NCBI RefSeq assembly: GCF_046105845.1
Contig: NZ_CP151004.1
Direction: 5' to 3' (one strand)
DNA length: 64,000 bases
Origin: Escherichia coli
Lineage (GTDB): Bacteria; Pseudomonadota; Gammaproteobacteria; Enterobacterales; Enterobacteriaceae
In this document: piece after piece, positions 12,462 through 25,246 of the stretch
Position numbering within the stretch: the stretch's first letter is position 1
Layout of the letters: each line of letters opens with the position of its first letter
Notes under the pieces: generated by a model
Databases searched by the model: none
The model's input: the letters and a program-made list of their open reading frames with translations, nothing else
Told to the model about the DNA's origin: nothing
Program-made: the position numbers and the translations under genes

Positions 12462-13373
12462 CTATCCTTTAATTTTCGGATCCAGCGCATCGCGTAAACC
12501 ATCACCCAACAAATTGAACGCCAGTACAGTCAGAAAAATAGCCAGGGCCGGAAAAATAGCGACATGCGGCGCGATAACCATATCCGCTCGTGCCTCATTG
12601 AGCATTGCTCCCCACTCTGGTGTCGGCGGCTGCGCACCGAGGCCGAGAAATGACAGGCTGGCGGCAGAGATAATCGAGGTACCGATGCGCATGGTGAAAA
12701 ACACCACGATAGACGAGACAGTCCCGGGCAAGATATGGCGCAATAAGATGGTCATGTCGCTGGCACCAATACTGCGCGCCGATTCAATAAAAGTTTGCTG
12801 TTTCAACACCAGCGTGTTGCCGCGCACCAGTCGGGCAAACGCGGGGATGGAAAAAATGGCGACTGCAATAATCACGTTAGCAATGCCGCTTCCCAACACC
12901 GCAACAACAGCGATCGCCAGTAAAATACCCGGAAAGGCAAACAGCACATCGCAAATGCGCATGATCAGCCGATCCCACCAGCCTTCATAATATCCAGCCA
13001 GCAAACCCAGCAACGTCCCGATCGCCGCACCGATAAACACGGCAAACACACCCGCCGCCAGTGAGATTTGCGCACCAACCAGGACACGGCTGAAAATGTC
13101 ACGCCCCAGTGAATCAACGCCAAACCAGTGCTGCAAAGAAGGTCCGTTATTCAGATTGTCATAATCAAAATAATTTTCGGCGTCATAGGGAGCGATCCAG
13201 CGTGCAAAAATAGCCACCACAATCAATAAAATAACGAACAATGCGGCGGTCATCGCCATATGCTGACGGCGAAATCGTCGCCAGAATTCATGCCACGGTG
13301 TACGTACCTGGTCAGGTTTGACCAGTGGCATGGCGTTTAACACCGCCTGACGTCGCCAGTTAAATAGTCGCAT
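12462..13373 (-). CDS. gsiD: Glutathione ABC transporter permease GsiD, 303 aa
   Basis: Full ORF; polytopic ABC permease; gsiABCD operon context. Confidence 0.92.
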   Translation of the reverse strand: MRLFNWRRQAVLNAMPLVKPDQVRTPWHEFWRRFRRQHMAMTAALFVILLIVVAIFARWIAPYDAENYFDYDNLNNGPSLQHWFGVDSLGRDIFSRVLVGAQISLAAGVFAVFIGAAIGTLLGLLAGYYEGWWDRLIMRICDVLFAFPGILLAIAVVAVLGSGIANVIIAVAIFSIPAFARLVRGNTLVLKQQTFIESARSIGASDMTILLRHILPGTVSSIVVFFTMRIGTSIISAASLSFLGLGAQPPTPEWGAMLNEARADMVIAPHVAIFPALAIFLTVLAFNLLGDGLRDALDPKIKG

Positions 13374-13375
13374 CC

Positions 13376-14296
13376 TTACTTGTACCTGATAGCCGGGTTA
13401 ATGGCGGCGTAAAGCACATCCACCACTAAGTTGATAAGAATAAATTCCAGCGAGAAAAGCAGAATTTCCGCCTGAATCACCGGGTAATCGCGCATTTCTA
13501 CGGAGTCAACGAGTAAGCGTCCAAGTCCGGGCCAGTTGAAAACTTTCTCCACCACGATGGAACCACCGAGCAAAAAGCCAAACTGTAAGCCCATCATGGT
13601 CACTACCGGGATCATCGCGTTGCGTAGCCCGTGTTTGAGGACAACCCAGGTTTCGCTCACCCCTTTCGCCCTCGCGGTACGCATATAATCTTCGCTTAAA
13701 ACGTCGACAAACGACGCGCGGGTAAAGCGCGCCATCACGGCAGCCACTGCCGCGCCGAGCGTCAGGGAGGGTAAAATGTAGTGCTGCCAACTGTCTGCTC
13801 CCACGGTAGGCAGCCAGCCCAGTTCAACGGAGAATACCTGAATTAAAAGCATCCCCAGCGCAAATGCCGGAAACGAGATCCCCGACACCGCAATGGTCAT
13901 ACTCAATCGATCCGGCCAACGATTACGCCAGACGGCGGCGATAATTCCCGCCGCCATACCAAATATCACCGCCCAGACCATACTGGTTATGGTCAGCCAC
14001 AGCGTTGGCATAAAGCGGCTGGCAATCTCATCGGCAACCGGACGACGCGACACCATCGACAGGCCAAAATCCCCCTGCACAGCATTGCTGATATAGTGCC
14101 AGAACTGGTGATACAGCGGCTGATCCAACCCCAGCTGCTGACGCACCAGTTCTATAACCTGCGCATCAGCTTCGGGCCCGGCAATCAATCGCGCCGGATC
14201 GCCGGGCAACATATGGACAAATAAAAACACCAGCACCGAGACGATAAACAGCGTCGGAATCAACCCCAGTAAGCGTTTGATAACGTAATTAAGCAT
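13376..14296 (-). CDS. gsiC: Glutathione ABC transporter permease GsiC, 306 aa
   Basis: Full ORF; ABC permease; operon context. Confidence 0.92.
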   Translation of the reverse strand: MLNYVIKRLLGLIPTLFIVSVLVFLFVHMLPGDPARLIAGPEADAQVIELVRQQLGLDQPLYHQFWHYISNAVQGDFGLSMVSRRPVADEIASRFMPTLWLTITSMVWAVIFGMAAGIIAAVWRNRWPDRLSMTIAVSGISFPAFALGMLLIQVFSVELGWLPTVGADSWQHYILPSLTLGAAVAAVMARFTRASFVDVLSEDYMRTARAKGVSETWVVLKHGLRNAMIPVVTMMGLQFGFLLGGSIVVEKVFNWPGLGRLLVDSVEMRDYPVIQAEILLFSLEFILINLVVDVLYAAINPAIRYK

Positions 14297-14313
14297 TCCA
14301 CTCCCTGCGTTGC

Positions 14314-15852
14314 TTATTGCAAATCCGCGTCTTCAAAGCTGAAGCCGGTGTCTGGCATGATCCAAAAACCGGTCAGGTTTTTACTGTGTGCCGACACCAG
14401 TTTTTCTACCACTAGCGGGATCCACGGCGACTCTTGCCAGATGATATCCTGCGCCGCCTTATATAAACGGGTCTTTTCTGCCGGATCATTAGTTTTCAGT
14501 GCCTGAGCCAGGAAGTCATCCACCTGTTTATTGCTGTAAAACGCGGTATTAAACAGCGTCGGTGGCCAGTTCTGCGATGCAAACAGCGGCGATAGAGCCC
14601 AGTCAGCTTCGCCGGTTGAAGCCGACCAGCCAGTGTAGAACATCCGCACGCCGCTCTCTTTTTGCCCTTTACCTTCAACTTCTGCCGCCCGCTGTCCGGC
14701 ATCCATCGCAGTCACCTGGGCTTTAATCCCGACCTGCGCTAACTGCTGCTGGGTAAATTGCAGCACTTTCTGCGCGGTGCTGTGGTTATGTGACGACCAC
14801 AGCGTGGTACTGAAACCGTTGGGATATCCCGCCTCTTTCAGTAATTCGCGCGCTTTCACTGGATCGTAAGGCCACGGTTTATAACTTTGCGCGTAGGCGA
14901 TACTCGGCGGTACCACACCAGTAGCTGGCTTTGCATAGCCCGCGAAGGCTACTTTCACCAGCGCCGGGCGGTTAATGGCGTAATTCAGCGCCTCACGGAC
15001 CTTCGGGTTATCGAACGGCTTTTGCGTCACGTTCATACTGATATAACGCTGCATAATTGACGGACTGGCCATCAACTCGATATTTTTGTTTTTCTCCAGC
15101 AGTGCGGCCTGCTCGTAGGGAATGGGGAAAGCAAACTGCGCTTCACCGGTTTGCAGCATTGCCGCGCGGGTGTTGTTATCCGCCACCGGACGCCAGGTTA
15201 TGCTGTCCAGTTTGGGCAATCCTGGCTGCCAGTAAGCCGCGAATTTTTTCACCTTCACAAAATCGGTCTGATTCCAGGTATCCAGTTCATACGGCCCGGT
15301 TCCCACTGGATGAAAACCAATCTCCTTGCCATATTTTTCCAGCGCTGCCGGCGAAATCATCGCGGTCGCCGGATGGGCAAGAATATTAATAAACGCTGAG
15401 AACGGCTGTTTGAGGGTAATCTTTACCGTTGTTGGATCGATCGCTTCCGTTTTGGCAATATTCTTATACAGGTTGTAGCGTTTAAGATGATTCGCCGGAT
15501 CGCTGGCCCGGTCCAGATTCGCTTTTACCGCCGCTGCGTTGAAGTCGGTGCCATCCTGGAATTTAATTCCTTCCCGCAATTTCACGGTGTAAGTAAGGCC
15601 GTCATCGGAAACGGTATAACTCTCCGCCAGCACGTTTTTCAGTTTCATCTCTTTATCGAGACCGAACAGCCCCTGGTAAAACGATTTCGCTACGGCCTGA
15701 GATAACGTGTCATTCGCGTCATAGGGATCGAGCGTGGTGAAGTTCGATCCTACCGCCACCACCACATCTTTGGCAGCGAATGCACAAGATGCCATCAACG
15801 CTGTCGCAATGCCCAGCGCCACTAACCCACTACGGTGTACAGCTCTTGCCAT
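14314..15852 (-). CDS. gsiB: Glutathione-binding periplasmic protein GsiB, 512 aa
   Basis: ORF 14314..16119; start at internal Met ([14 protein letters not shown]...) with signal peptide, matching GsiB. Confidence 0.92.
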   Translation of the reverse strand: MARAVHRSGLVALGIATALMASCAFAAKDVVVAVGSNFTTLDPYDANDTLSQAVAKSFYQGLFGLDKEMKLKNVLAESYTVSDDGLTYTVKLREGIKFQDGTDFNAAAVKANLDRASDPANHLKRYNLYKNIAKTEAIDPTTVKITLKQPFSAFINILAHPATAMISPAALEKYGKEIGFHPVGTGPYELDTWNQTDFVKVKKFAAYWQPGLPKLDSITWRPVADNNTRAAMLQTGEAQFAFPIPYEQAALLEKNKNIELMASPSIMQRYISMNVTQKPFDNPKVREALNYAINRPALVKVAFAGYAKPATGVVPPSIAYAQSYKPWPYDPVKARELLKEAGYPNGFSTTLWSSHNHSTAQKVLQFTQQQLAQVGIKAQVTAMDAGQRAAEVEGKGQKESGVRMFYTGWSASTGEADWALSPLFASQNWPPTLFNTAFYSNKQVDDFLAQALKTNDPAEKTRLYKAAQDIIWQESPWIPLVVEKLVSAHSKNLTGFWIMPDTGFSFEDADLQ

Positions 15853-15871
15853 TTTATTCTCCGCCTGAATG

Positions 15872-17743
15872 TTATCTACGCATGAATGCGTATTCTGATT
15901 GTGGTTGTGCGACGTAATGCCCCGGCCCGACGCATTGCAACGAGACAGCTGCAACCTCTTCGCCACGCAGATGAATATTGCTGGGAAGATCGTCCGACAG
16001 CAGTACACGCTGCGGTCGTTGTCGGGACGGTTCCGCGACCGGAACCGCCGCCAGTAATTTACGCGTATAAGGATGCTGCGGGTTTTCGAAGACCGCGCGC
16101 CGTGGACCAATTTCAACAATTTGTCCGAGATACATCACCGCCACACGATGACTAATCCGCTCTACCACGGCCATATCGTGGGAGATAAACAGATACGCAA
16201 TGCCGAAATCACGCTGGAGATCGAGCAACAAGTTGATAATCTGCCCGCGAATAGAAACATCCAGCGCCGAGACGGCTTCATCGGCAATGATCACTTTTGG
16301 ATTCAATGCCAACGCGCGAGCAATGCAGATGCGCTGGCGCTGACCGCCGGAAAACTCATGCGGGTAACGCCAGGCATGTTCAGGTAACAGGCCCACGCGC
16401 TCCAGCAACCACGCAACGCGTGCAGCCGCTTCTTTACCTGGCAATAAACCGTGTACGCGCAGCGGTTCGATAATCGAATCACCGATGGTCTGACGTGGGT
16501 CCAGCGAAGCGTAAGGGTCCTGAAAAATAAACTGAATATCGCGGCGCAATGCCTGAAGTTTACCGGGTGACAAGGTATCGATTCGCTGACCGTTAAAGAT
16601 AATTTCGCCGCCCTGCGATTCGACCAGGCGCAGCAACGCCCGCCCGGTAGTGGATTTACCGCTGCCAGACTCGCCCACCAGCGATAGCGTTTCGCCAGGC
16701 CAGAGATCAAAACTGACTTTCTCAACGGCATGCACTTCCCGCGTTACGCGATTCAACAAACCGCTGCGCAAAGGGAAACGGGTGACCAGATTACGCACCC
16801 GTAAAACAGGTTCGCCATCCACCACCGTTTTCTGCTCGATGGGTGGTTCCTGTTTCGCTGGATGTTCAAGCGATATCAATGGGAAACGTCGGGGATAATC
16901 TAACCCTTTCATCGCACCAAGTTGCGGAACAGCAGCTAACAGCGCACGGGTGTAAGGATGTTGCGGTGCATGAAAAATCTGTTCGACGCTACCCGTTTCC
17001 ACCGCCTCGCCCTGATACATCACCAGTACCCGATCGGCAATCTCTGCCACCACGCCCATATCGTGAGTGATAAAGATAACGCCCATCGACATCTCTTTTT
17101 GCAATACTTTGATTAATTGCAGGATCTGCGCCTGAATAGTGACATCCAGCGCGGTGGTTGGCTCATCGGCAATCAGCACCGCCGGGCGGCATGACAGTGC
17201 CATCGCAATCATCACTCGCTGGCGCATCCCGCCAGAGAGTTGATGCGGATAACGTGAAAGAATGGTTTGTGCCTCCGGAATGCGTACCTGATCCAGCATC
17301 CGCTTCGCCTCGACCATTGCTTCTTCACGACTGGCGTTTTGATGCAGACGAATAGATTCAGCAATCTGTTCACCCACAGTAAATACCGGGTTCAGCGATG
17401 TCATCGGCTCCTGAAATATCATCGCCATATCCGCACCGCGCACATGGCGCATTTGTGCAGCGCTCTGCTCGCTAAGTTCAATCACTTCGCGACTGCGCCG
17501 CCGCAACAGCATTTGATCGCACTGCACTAAACCGCCCGCCTGTTCCAACAGGCGCATCAATGCCAGCGCAGTCACTGACTTACCGGAGCCGGATTCGCCA
17601 ACAATTGCCAGCGTCTCACCACGTTGCAGGCTAAAAGAGAGATTGCGGACCGCAGCTATTTTCTGCTGGTCCTGCATAAAGGCAATATTCAGATTTTCAA
17701 CCGCCAGCACATCACCGGCATCAAGTTCATCACTGTGTGGCAA
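15872..17743 (-). CDS. gsiA: Glutathione ABC transporter ATPase GsiA (two nucleotide-binding domains), 623 aa
   Basis: ORF 15872..17851; conserved N-terminus (PHSDELDAG...) is preceded by a TTG codon at 17741-17743, inferred non-ATG start; two Walker A motifs (GESGSGKS). Confidence 0.88.
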   Translation of the reverse strand: MPHSDELDAGDVLAVENLNIAFMQDQQKIAAVRNLSFSLQRGETLAIVGESGSGKSVTALALMRLLEQAGGLVQCDQMLLRRRSREVIELSEQSAAQMRHVRGADMAMIFQEPMTSLNPVFTVGEQIAESIRLHQNASREEAMVEAKRMLDQVRIPEAQTILSRYPHQLSGGMRQRVMIAMALSCRPAVLIADEPTTALDVTIQAQILQLIKVLQKEMSMGVIFITHDMGVVAEIADRVLVMYQGEAVETGSVEQIFHAPQHPYTRALLAAVPQLGAMKGLDYPRRFPLISLEHPAKQEPPIEQKTVVDGEPVLRVRNLVTRFPLRSGLLNRVTREVHAVEKVSFDLWPGETLSLVGESGSGKSTTGRALLRLVESQGGEIIFNGQRIDTLSPGKLQALRRDIQFIFQDPYASLDPRQTIGDSIIEPLRVHGLLPGKEAAARVAWLLERVGLLPEHAWRYPHEFSGGQRQRICIARALALNPKVIIADEAVSALDVSIRGQIINLLLDLQRDFGIAYLFISHDMAVVERISHRVAVMYLGQIVEIGPRRAVFENPQHPYTRKLLAAVPVAEPSRQRPQRVLLSDDLPSNIHLRGEEVAAVSLQCVGPGHYVAQPQSEYAFMRR

Positions 17744-18695
17744 CGGTGTCCCCTTTTTCACGGTAGATACCGGTGGTTGGCGTATCGCCTGCGTAGCCCC
17801 AGGCGCGATACATTCCTTCGGTGTTAAACGGTAGCGCGATATTACCTTCATGGTCGATAGCGATTAAGCCACCGCTACCGCCAAGCGCAGGGAGTTTTTC
17901 CATTACTACCCGCTCGCAGGCTTCCGCGAGACTTAATCCGCCGTAATCCATTAACGCGGCGATGTCATATGCCGCCAGCGCGCGGATGAAGACTTCGCCC
18001 GTGCCGGTACATGAAACCGCCACACTGGCGTTATTGGCGTAGCATCCGGCCCCCACTAAGGGACTATCGCCAACTCGTCCGGGTAATTTATTGGTCATTC
18101 CGCCTGTGGACGTGGCTGCCGCCAGATTGCCGTCTAAATCCAACGCCACGGCCCCCACGGTGCCCATTTTCTGTTTTTCATCCAGTGGCGCACCGCTATG
18201 GTCGAGGACCATTTCCCCTTCCTCGCGCGCTGCCAGTAGTTGTTCATAACGCAAAGGCGTGGAGAAAATCTCCGGCGAGACGCGCTCCATGCCATGAGCA
18301 AACGCAAAATTTTCTGCCCCTTCGCCAATCATCATCACATGCGGGCTCTGCTCCATCACCAGCCGGGCGGCAAGAACCGGATTACGCAGATGACTAACGC
18401 CCGCCACCGCACCGGCTTTCAGGGTGTTACCATCCATCACACAGGCGTCCAGTTCATGGGTTTCATCACGCGTAAAGACAGCGCCAATTCCGGCGTTAAA
18501 CAGTGGACACTCTTCCAGCAGACGCACCGCTTCCGTCACCACATCCAGCGCACTTTCGCCCGCTTCCAGCATTTTCTGCCCGGTTTCAACAATGGCAGAC
18601 AGCGCCTCGATGTAGCGTAATTCCTGTTGCAGACTCATCTGCGCGCGGCTAATTGCACCTGCGCCGCCATGAATTGCAATGACTGCTTTGCCCAT
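17730..18695 (-). CDS. iaaA: Isoaspartyl dipeptidase / L-asparaginase IaaA (Ntn hydrolase), 321 aa
   Basis: Full ORF, recognised IaaA; first gene of the iaaA-gsiABCD cluster. Confidence 0.92.
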   Translation of the reverse strand: MGKAVIAIHGGAGAISRAQMSLQQELRYIEALSAIVETGQKMLEAGESALDVVTEAVRLLEECPLFNAGIGAVFTRDETHELDACVMDGNTLKAGAVAGVSHLRNPVLAARLVMEQSPHVMMIGEGAENFAFAHGMERVSPEIFSTPLRYEQLLAAREEGEMVLDHSGAPLDEKQKMGTVGAVALDLDGNLAAATSTGGMTNKLPGRVGDSPLVGAGCYANNASVAVSCTGTGEVFIRALAAYDIAALMDYGGLSLAEACERVVMEKLPALGGSGGLIAIDHEGNIALPFNTEGMYRAWGYAGDTPTTGIYREKGDTVATQ

Positions 18696-18898
18696 AGTAT
18701 TCGTCCATTAAGGGTGGCTCGCCACTTTTGCTATAAATATCAGAATTTTTATGAATTACTCATTCAATTTTTGAATATAGAAAGATGGATATGGCATGTA
18801 AAGGCAGGAGCCAGCGCTACGCCCGAGGTGGCATACAGTCTGTGGCGTTTTTCTGACATAATAGGCAAATTCGATTTTGCCTCCGCAGGAGTGTTTTC

Positions 18899-20134
18899 AT
18901 GGAATTTACCACCGGATTGATGTCGCTCGACACCGCGCTTAATGAGATGCTTTCTCGCGTTACCCCACTGACCGCCCAGGAAACGCTGCCACTGGTACAG
19001 TGTTTTGGTCGTATTCTGGCGAGCGATGTCGTTTCGCCACTGGATGTCCCGGGGTTTGATAACTCCGCTATGGACGGCTACGCGGTGCGTTTAGCCGATA
19101 TTGCCTCCGGGCAACCGCTGCCCGTTGCCGGTAAATCCTTTGCCGGTCAGCCGTACCATGGTGAATGGCCTGCGGGTACCTGCATTCGTATTATGACCGG
19201 TGCGCCGGTGCCGGAAGGCTGCGAAGCGGTGGTGATGCAGGAACAGACCGAACAGACTGACGCTGGCGTGCGTTTTACTGCTGAAGTGCGTAGCGGGCAA
19301 AATATTCGCCGTCGCGGTGAAGATATCTCTGCGGGTGCGGTTGTTTTCCCGGCGGGAACTCGCCTGACTACCGCAGAGCTGCCAGTAATTGCTTCACTGG
19401 GGATTGCCGAAGTTCCGGTGATTCGTAAAGTGCGTGTAGCGCTGTTTTCTACCGGTGATGAACTCCAGTTGCCAGGCCAGCCGCTGGGCGACGGCCAAAT
19501 CTACGATACCAACCGTCTCGCCGTACACCTGATGTTAGAACAGCTGGGATGCGAGGTAATCAACTTAGGGATTATCCGCGACGATCCTCATGCCCTGCGC
19601 GCCGCATTTATTGAAGCCGATAGCCAGGCGGATGTGGTGATCAGTTCCGGCGGTGTTTCAGTGGGTGAAGCGGATTACACCAAAACCATTCTTGAAGAGC
19701 TGGGGGAGATCGCCTTCTGGAAGCTGGCGATTAAACCGGGTAAACCGTTCGCGTTCGGTAAACTTTCTAATAGTTGGTTCTGCGGCCTGCCGGGCAACCC
19801 GGTTTCAGCAACGCTGACCTTCTATCAACTGGTACAGCCTTTGCTGGCAAAACTAAGCGGCAATACCGCCAGCGGCCTGCCCGCGCGCCAGCGTGTGCGC
19901 ACGGCATCGCCTCTGAAGAAATCGCCAGGACGCCTTGATTTCCAGCGCGGTGTGCTGCAACGCAACGCCGATGGCGAACTGGAAGTGACGACCACCGGGC
20001 ATCAGGGTTCACATATATTTAGCTCCTTTAGCCTCGGCAACTGCTTTATCGTACTGGAGCGCGAGCGCGGCAATGTGGAAGTGGGCGAATGGGTGGAAGT
20101 AGAACCGTTTAACGCGTTGTTCGGAGGCCTGTAA
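18899..20134 (+). CDS. moeA: Molybdopterin molybdenumtransferase MoeA, 411 aa
   Basis: Full ORF recognised as MoeA; moeAB operon. Confidence 0.94.
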   Translation: MEFTTGLMSLDTALNEMLSRVTPLTAQETLPLVQCFGRILASDVVSPLDVPGFDNSAMDGYAVRLADIASGQPLPVAGKSFAGQPYHGEWPAGTCIRIMTGAPVPEGCEAVVMQEQTEQTDAGVRFTAEVRSGQNIRRRGEDISAGAVVFPAGTRLTTAELPVIASLGIAEVPVIRKVRVALFSTGDELQLPGQPLGDGQIYDTNRLAVHLMLEQLGCEVINLGIIRDDPHALRAAFIEADSQADVVISSGGVSVGEADYTKTILEELGEIAFWKLAIKPGKPFAFGKLSNSWFCGLPGNPVSATLTFYQLVQPLLAKLSGNTASGLPARQRVRTASPLKKSPGRLDFQRGVLQRNADGELEVTTTGHQGSHIFSSFSLGNCFIVLERERGNVEVGEWVEVEPFNALFGGL

Positions 20135-20883
20135 TGGCGGAACTCAGCGATCAGGAGATGCTGCGCTACAACCGGCAAATCATTCTGCGCGGTTTTGATT
20201 TTGACGGTCAGGAGGCGCTAAAAGATTCTCGTGTGCTGATCGTCGGCCTCGGTGGACTCGGCTGTGCAGCTTCGCAGTATCTGGCAAGCGCCGGTGTCGG
20301 CAACCTGACGCTGCTCGACTTCGACACGGTTTCGCTCTCGAATCTGCAACGCCAGACGCTGCACAGTGATGCCACGATCGGGCAACCGAAGGTGGAATCC
20401 GCCCGTGACGCCCTGACGCGGATCAACCCACATATCGCGATTACGCCAGTCAATGCACTGCTGGATGACGCAGAACTTGCAGCATTGATTGCTGAACACG
20501 ATCTGGTGCTCGACTGTACGGATAACGTTGCGGTGCGCAATCAACTGAACGCAGGCTGTTTTGCCGCGAAGGTGCCGCTGGTTTCCGGCGCGGCAATTCG
20601 TATGGAAGGTCAAATCACGGTCTTCACTTATCAGGACGGCGAGCCTTGCTATCGCTGCCTTAGCCGTTTGTTTGGCGAGAACGCGTTAACCTGCGTAGAA
20701 GCAGGCGTGATGGCACCGTTGATCGGCGTAATTGGTTCGTTGCAGGCAATGGAAGCGATCAAACTGCTGGCAGGTTATGGCAAACCGGCCAGCGGGAAAA
20801 TCGTCATGTACGATGCGATGACCTGTCAGTTTCGTGAAATGAAACTGATGCGCAATCCGGGGTGTGAGGTGTGCGGGCAGTAA
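20134..20883 (+). CDS. moeB: Molybdopterin-synthase adenylyltransferase MoeB, 249 aa
   Basis: Full ORF; ThiF/MoeB fold (GLGGLGC) and C-terminal CxxC; start overlaps moeA stop. Confidence 0.94.
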   Translation: MAELSDQEMLRYNRQIILRGFDFDGQEALKDSRVLIVGLGGLGCAASQYLASAGVGNLTLLDFDTVSLSNLQRQTLHSDATIGQPKVESARDALTRINPHIAITPVNALLDDAELAALIAEHDLVLDCTDNVAVRNQLNAGCFAAKVPLVSGAAIRMEGQITVFTYQDGEPCYRCLSRLFGENALTCVEAGVMAPLIGVIGSLQAMEAIKLLAGYGKPASGKIVMYDAMTCQFREMKLMRNPGCEVCGQ

Positions 20884-20900
20884 TTGCCACCTCCAGGCCT

Positions 20901-20945
20901 GATAAGACGTGGCAGGCATCGGTGCACTCCGCCACGTCATCAGCA
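20901..20945. repeat. REP-like imperfect palindrome between moeB and fsaA
   Basis: CTGATAAGACGTGGC ... GCCACGTCATCAG inverted repeat with one mismatch, read from sequence. Confidence 0.4.
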
Positions 20946-20970
20946 ATTTATGAGGATGCAGAACGTCCGG

Positions 20971-21633
20971 TTAAATCGACGTTCTGCCAAACGCTCCCTG
21001 CCAGTCCTGCTCAAACTTCGCCACAGCGGCATCAACCGCCGGATAGCTAATCATCTGTTGTGCCACATCCAGTGGCAGAGTAATTGATTCACATCCTGCC
21101 AGTAAGCAGTCCAGCGCCTGACGCGGGGTTTTGAAACTCGCTGCCAGCACTTTCGCCTGCGGCGCATGCATTTTCAATAACTGGTGTAAGTCGGTCACAG
21201 TCTGAATGCCGCTACCGCCCTGAGCATCAATACGATTAACGTAAGGCGCAACATATTCCGCACCTGCCAGCGCCGACAGCAGCCCTTGTGCTGCGCCATA
21301 TACCGCGGTTCCCAGCGTCGGAATCCCTTCCGCTTTTAACATATTAATCGCTGCCAGCCCCTCGGCGGTCACCGGAACTTTCACCACGATATCCGCAATA
21401 ATAGAACGCAATTTACGTGCGTCATTCACCATCCCTTCGGCTGTGGTAGCCATCACCTGGGCAAACAGACGCCCCTGACCGCCCATCGCCTCGTGAAGTT
21501 CCGGAAGTACAACGTCCAGCGGTTTCTTACCCGCTGCGATAATGCTTGGGTTAGTGGTCACACCCGCCAGCGGAAAAATACGTGACAGCGCCTTCACCGC
21601 AACAACGTCTGAAGTATCCAGATACAGTTCCAT
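20971..21633 (-). CDS. fsaA: Fructose-6-phosphate aldolase 1 FsaA, 220 aa
   Basis: ORF 20971..21705; start at MELYLDTSD matching FsaA. Confidence 0.92.
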   Translation of the reverse strand: MELYLDTSDVVAVKALSRIFPLAGVTTNPSIIAAGKKPLDVVLPELHEAMGGQGRLFAQVMATTAEGMVNDARKLRSIIADIVVKVPVTAEGLAAINMLKAEGIPTLGTAVYGAAQGLLSALAGAEYVAPYVNRIDAQGGSGIQTVTDLHQLLKMHAPQAKVLAASFKTPRQALDCLLAGCESITLPLDVAQQMISYPAVDAAVAKFEQDWQGAFGRTSI

Positions 21634-21736
21634 AACCATCCTCAAAATGTACTTTTTGTCTGAATGTAGACTATCACGGGAAAACTCTCTGAACAGTTGA
21701 CGCACATCAATCTAACTTTCATTCGAAAGTATTTTA

Positions 21737-22663
21737 ATGTTTGAACGAAACAGAGAGGCAACTATGATTTTCAATATTCAGCGCTACTCGACCCATGATG
21801 GCCCCGGTATCCGCACGGTCGTATTTCTTAAAGGCTGTTCGCTGGGCTGCCGCTGGTGTCAGAACCCGGAAAGCCGCGCCCGCACGCAGGATCTGCTGTA
21901 TGACGCACGTCTGTGTCTGGAAGGCTGCGAGCTGTGCGCTAAGGCCGCGCCGGAAGTGATTGAGCGCGCGCTGAATGGCTTGCTTATTCATCGGGAAAAG
22001 TTAACCCCGGAGCATCTGACAGCGTTAACCGACTGCTGCCCGACACAGGCGTTAACCGTATGTGGTGAAGTGAAAAGCGTTGAGGAGATAATGAAGACCG
22101 TTCTGCGCGATAAACCGTTTTACGATCGCAGCGGCGGCGGCTTAACGCTTTCTGGCGGTGAACCCTTTATGCAGCCGGAAATGGCGATGGCGCTACTGCA
22201 AGCCAGCCACGAGGCAGGCATTCATACTGCGGTAGAAACCTGTCTGCATGTGCCGTGGAAATATATCGCCCCTTCTCTGCCCTATATCGATCTGTTTCTT
22301 GCCGATTTAAAACACGTTGCCGACGCACCGTTTAAACAGTGGACCGACGGTAATGCCGCCAGGGTGCTGGATAACCTGAAAAAACTCGCCGCAGCGGGCA
22401 AAAAAATCATTATCCGCGTGCCGCTGATTCAGGGCTTTAATGCCGACGAAACCTCTGTAAAAGCCATTACCGATTTTGCCGCCGACGAGCTGCACGTTGG
22501 CGAAATTCATTTCCTGCCCTACCACACGCTGGGCATCAACAAATATCACTTACTTAATCTGCCCTATGACGCCCCGGAAAAACCGCTTGATGCGCCAGAA
22601 CTGCTCGACTTTGCCCAGCAGTATGCCTGCCAGAAAGGGTTAACCGCGACCTTACGAGGATAA
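21737..22663 (+). CDS. ybiY: Glycyl-radical enzyme activating protein YbiY (radical SAM), about 299-308 aa
   Basis: ORF with CxxxCxxC cluster (CSLGCRWC) and extra Cys-rich insert; alternative start at 21764 (MIFNIQRY) possible. Confidence 0.88.
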   Translation: MFERNREATMIFNIQRYSTHDGPGIRTVVFLKGCSLGCRWCQNPESRARTQDLLYDARLCLEGCELCAKAAPEVIERALNGLLIHREKLTPEHLTALTDCCPTQALTVCGEVKSVEEIMKTVLRDKPFYDRSGGGLTLSGGEPFMQPEMAMALLQASHEAGIHTAVETCLHVPWKYIAPSLPYIDLFLADLKHVADAPFKQWTDGNAARVLDNLKKLAAAGKKIIIRVPLIQGFNADETSVKAITDFAADELHVGEIHFLPYHTLGINKYHLLNLPYDAPEKPLDAPELLDFAQQYACQKGLTATLRG

Positions 22664-22668
22664 CAACC

Positions 22669-25101
22669 ATGACCACACTGAAACTGGATACGCTCAGCGA
22701 CCGCATTAAAGCGCACAAAAATGCGCTGGTGCATATTGTGAAACCGCCGGTCTGTACCGAGCGCGCGCAGCACTATACTGAGATGTATCAACAACATCTC
22801 GATAAGCCGATCCCGGTACGTCGCGCGCTGGCGCTGGCGCATCACCTGGCGAATCGCACCATCTGGATCAAGCACGATGAGTTGATCATTGGCAACCAGG
22901 CAAGCGAAGTTCGCGCCGCGCCGATCTTCCCGGAATATACCGTCTCCTGGATCGAAAAAGAGATTGATGATCTGGCGGATCGTCCGGGTGCTGGTTTTGC
23001 GGTGAGCGAAGAGAACAAACGTGTTCTGCATGAAGTGTGCCCTTGGTGGCGCGGTCAGACGGTACAGGATCGCTGCTACGGCATGTTTACCGATGAGCAA
23101 AAAGGTCTGCTGGCGACCGGAATCATTAAAGCGGAAGGCAATATGACCTCCGGCGATGCGCACCTGGCGGTGAATTTCCCGCTACTGCTGGAAAAAGGTC
23201 TTGATGGTCTGCGCGAGAAAGTAGCGGAACGTCGCTCGCGCATCAACCTGACGGTGCTGGAAGATTTGCACGGCGAGCAGTTCCTGAAAGCGATTGATAT
23301 CGTGCTGGTGGCAGTCAGTGAACACATTGAACGTTTCGCTGCCCTGGCGCGTGAAATGGCAGCCACTGAAACCCGCGAAAGCCGTCGCGATGAACTGCTG
23401 GCGATAGCAGAAAACTGCGATCTTATCGCCCACCAGCCGCCGCAGACTTTCTGGCAGGCGCTGCAACTGTGTTACTTCATCCAGTTGATTTTGCAGATCG
23501 AATCTAACGGTCACTCGGTATCGTTTGGTCGTATGGACCAGTATCTCTACCCGTACTATCGCCGCGACGTTGAACTGAACCAGACACTGGATCGCGAACA
23601 TGCCATCGAGATGCTGCATAGCTGCTGGTTGAAACTGCTGGAAGTGAACAAAATCCGCTCCGGCTCGCACTCGAAAGCCTCTGCGGGAAGTCCGCTGTAT
23701 CAGAACGTCACCATTGGCGGACAAAATCTGGTTGATGGTCAACCAATGGACGCGGTGAATCCACTCTCTTACGCGATCCTCGAATCCTGCGGTCGCCTGC
23801 GTTCCACTCAGCCTAACCTCAGCGTGCGTTACCATGCAGGAATGAGCAACGATTTCCTCGACGCCTGCGTACAGGTGATCCGTTGCGGCTTCGGGATGCC
23901 GGCGTTCAACAACGACGAAATCGTGATCCCGGAATTTATTAAACTCGGTATTGAACCGCAGGACGCTTACGACTATGCAGCGATTGGTTGTATCGAAACC
24001 GCCGTCGGTGGCAAATGGGGCTATCGCTGTACCGGCATGAGCTTTATCAACTTCGCCCGTGTGATGCTGGCGGCGCTGGAAGGCGGTCGTGATGCCACCA
24101 GCGGCAAAGTGTTCCTGCCACAAGAAAAAGCGTTGTCGGCAGGTAACTTCAACAACTTCGATGAAGTGATGGACGCGTGGGATACGCAAATCCGTTACTA
24201 CACGCGTAAATCAATCGAAATCGAATATGTCGTTGACACCATGCTGGAAGAGAACGTGCACGATATTCTCTGCTCGGCGCTGGTGGATGACTGTATTGAG
24301 CGAGCGAAAAGCATCAAGCAAGGCGGCGCGAAATATGACTGGGTTTCTGGCCTGCAGGTTGGCATTGCCAACCTCGGCAACAGCCTGGCGGCAGTGAAGA
24401 AACTGGTATTTGAACAGGGCGCGATTGGTCAGCAACAACTGGCTGCCGCACTGGCGGATGACTTCGATGGCCTGACTCATGAGCAACTGCGTCAGCGGCT
24501 GATTAACGGTGCGCCGAAGTACGGCAACGACGATGATACCGTCGATACGCTGCTGGCTCGCGCTTATCAGACCTATATCGACGAACTGAAACAGTACCAT
24601 AACCCACGCTACGGTCGTGGTCCGGTTGGCGGCAACTATTACGCGGGTACGTCGTCTATCTCCGCTAACGTACCGTTTGGCGCGCAGACTATGGCAACAC
24701 CGGACGGGCGCAAAGCCCACACCCCGCTGGCAGAAGGCGCAAGCCCGGCTTCCGGTACTGATCATCTTGGCCCTACTGCGGTCATTGGCTCAGTGGGTAA
24801 ACTGCCTACGGCCGCGATTCTCGGCGGCGTGCTGCTCAACCAGAAACTGAATCCAGCAACGCTGGAGAACGAATCTGACAAGCAGAAACTGATGATCCTG
24901 CTACGCACCTTCTTTGAAGTGCATAAAGGCTGGCATATTCAGTACAACATCGTTTCCCGCGAAACGCTGCTGGAAGCGAAAAAACATCCGGATCAGTACC
25001 GCGATCTGGTAGTGCGTGTCGCGGGTTATTCCGCCTTCTTCACTGCGCTCTCTCCAGACGCACAGGACGATATCATCGCCCGTACTGAACATATGCTGTA
25101 A
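22669..25101 (+). CDS. ybiW: Pyruvate formate-lyase-like glycyl radical enzyme YbiW, 810 aa
   Basis: Full ORF; C-terminal glycyl radical motif (RVAGYSA); directly downstream of the activase ybiY. Confidence 0.92.
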   Translation: MTTLKLDTLSDRIKAHKNALVHIVKPPVCTERAQHYTEMYQQHLDKPIPVRRALALAHHLANRTIWIKHDELIIGNQASEVRAAPIFPEYTVSWIEKEIDDLADRPGAGFAVSEENKRVLHEVCPWWRGQTVQDRCYGMFTDEQKGLLATGIIKAEGNMTSGDAHLAVNFPLLLEKGLDGLREKVAERRSRINLTVLEDLHGEQFLKAIDIVLVAVSEHIERFAALAREMAATETRESRRDELLAIAENCDLIAHQPPQTFWQALQLCYFIQLILQIESNGHSVSFGRMDQYLYPYYRRDVELNQTLDREHAIEMLHSCWLKLLEVNKIRSGSHSKASAGSPLYQNVTIGGQNLVDGQPMDAVNPLSYAILESCGRLRSTQPNLSVRYHAGMSNDFLDACVQVIRCGFGMPAFNNDEIVIPEFIKLGIEPQDAYDYAAIGCIETAVGGKWGYRCTGMSFINFARVMLAALEGGRDATSGKVFLPQEKALSAGNFNNFDEVMDAWDTQIRYYTRKSIEIEYVVDTMLEENVHDILCSALVDDCIERAKSIKQGGAKYDWVSGLQVGIANLGNSLAAVKKLVFEQGAIGQQQLAAALADDFDGLTHEQLRQRLINGAPKYGNDDDTVDTLLARAYQTYIDELKQYHNPRYGRGPVGGNYYAGTSSISANVPFGAQTMATPDGRKAHTPLAEGASPASGTDHLGPTAVIGSVGKLPTAAILGGVLLNQKLNPATLENESDKQKLMILLRTFFEVHKGWHIQYNIVSRETLLEAKKHPDQYRDLVVRVAGYSAFFTALSPDAQDDIIARTEHML

Positions 25102-25246
25102 CTCTTCCGCCCGGCGGCCACCGTCGCCGGGCCAAATCATTCACATCATCAATTTCAGCCTCGCTTTCATTCGAAATATAATTTGTGCTCTGCGTCACAT
25201 TGTTATTACACTGTTACGGTTTCATTTTCGAGCCAGGAGCACACCT

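Noticed and set aside
12514-12990. 158-aa plus-strand ORF inside gsiD
   Set aside because: Antisense shadow ORF inside a conserved ABC permease gene.
14314-16119. 601-aa extended ORF for gsiB and other N-terminally extended track ORFs (mdfA, dacC, pdeI, fsaA, ybiV, dps, rlmF, mcbA, ybiX)
   Set aside because: The extensions run into upstream genes or intergenic regions and lack the signal peptides or conserved N-termini found at the internal Met starts; conserved starts were used instead.
23182-24189. 335-aa minus-strand ORF inside ybiW
   Set aside because: Antisense shadow ORF wholly within a well-supported glycyl radical enzyme gene; no independent support.
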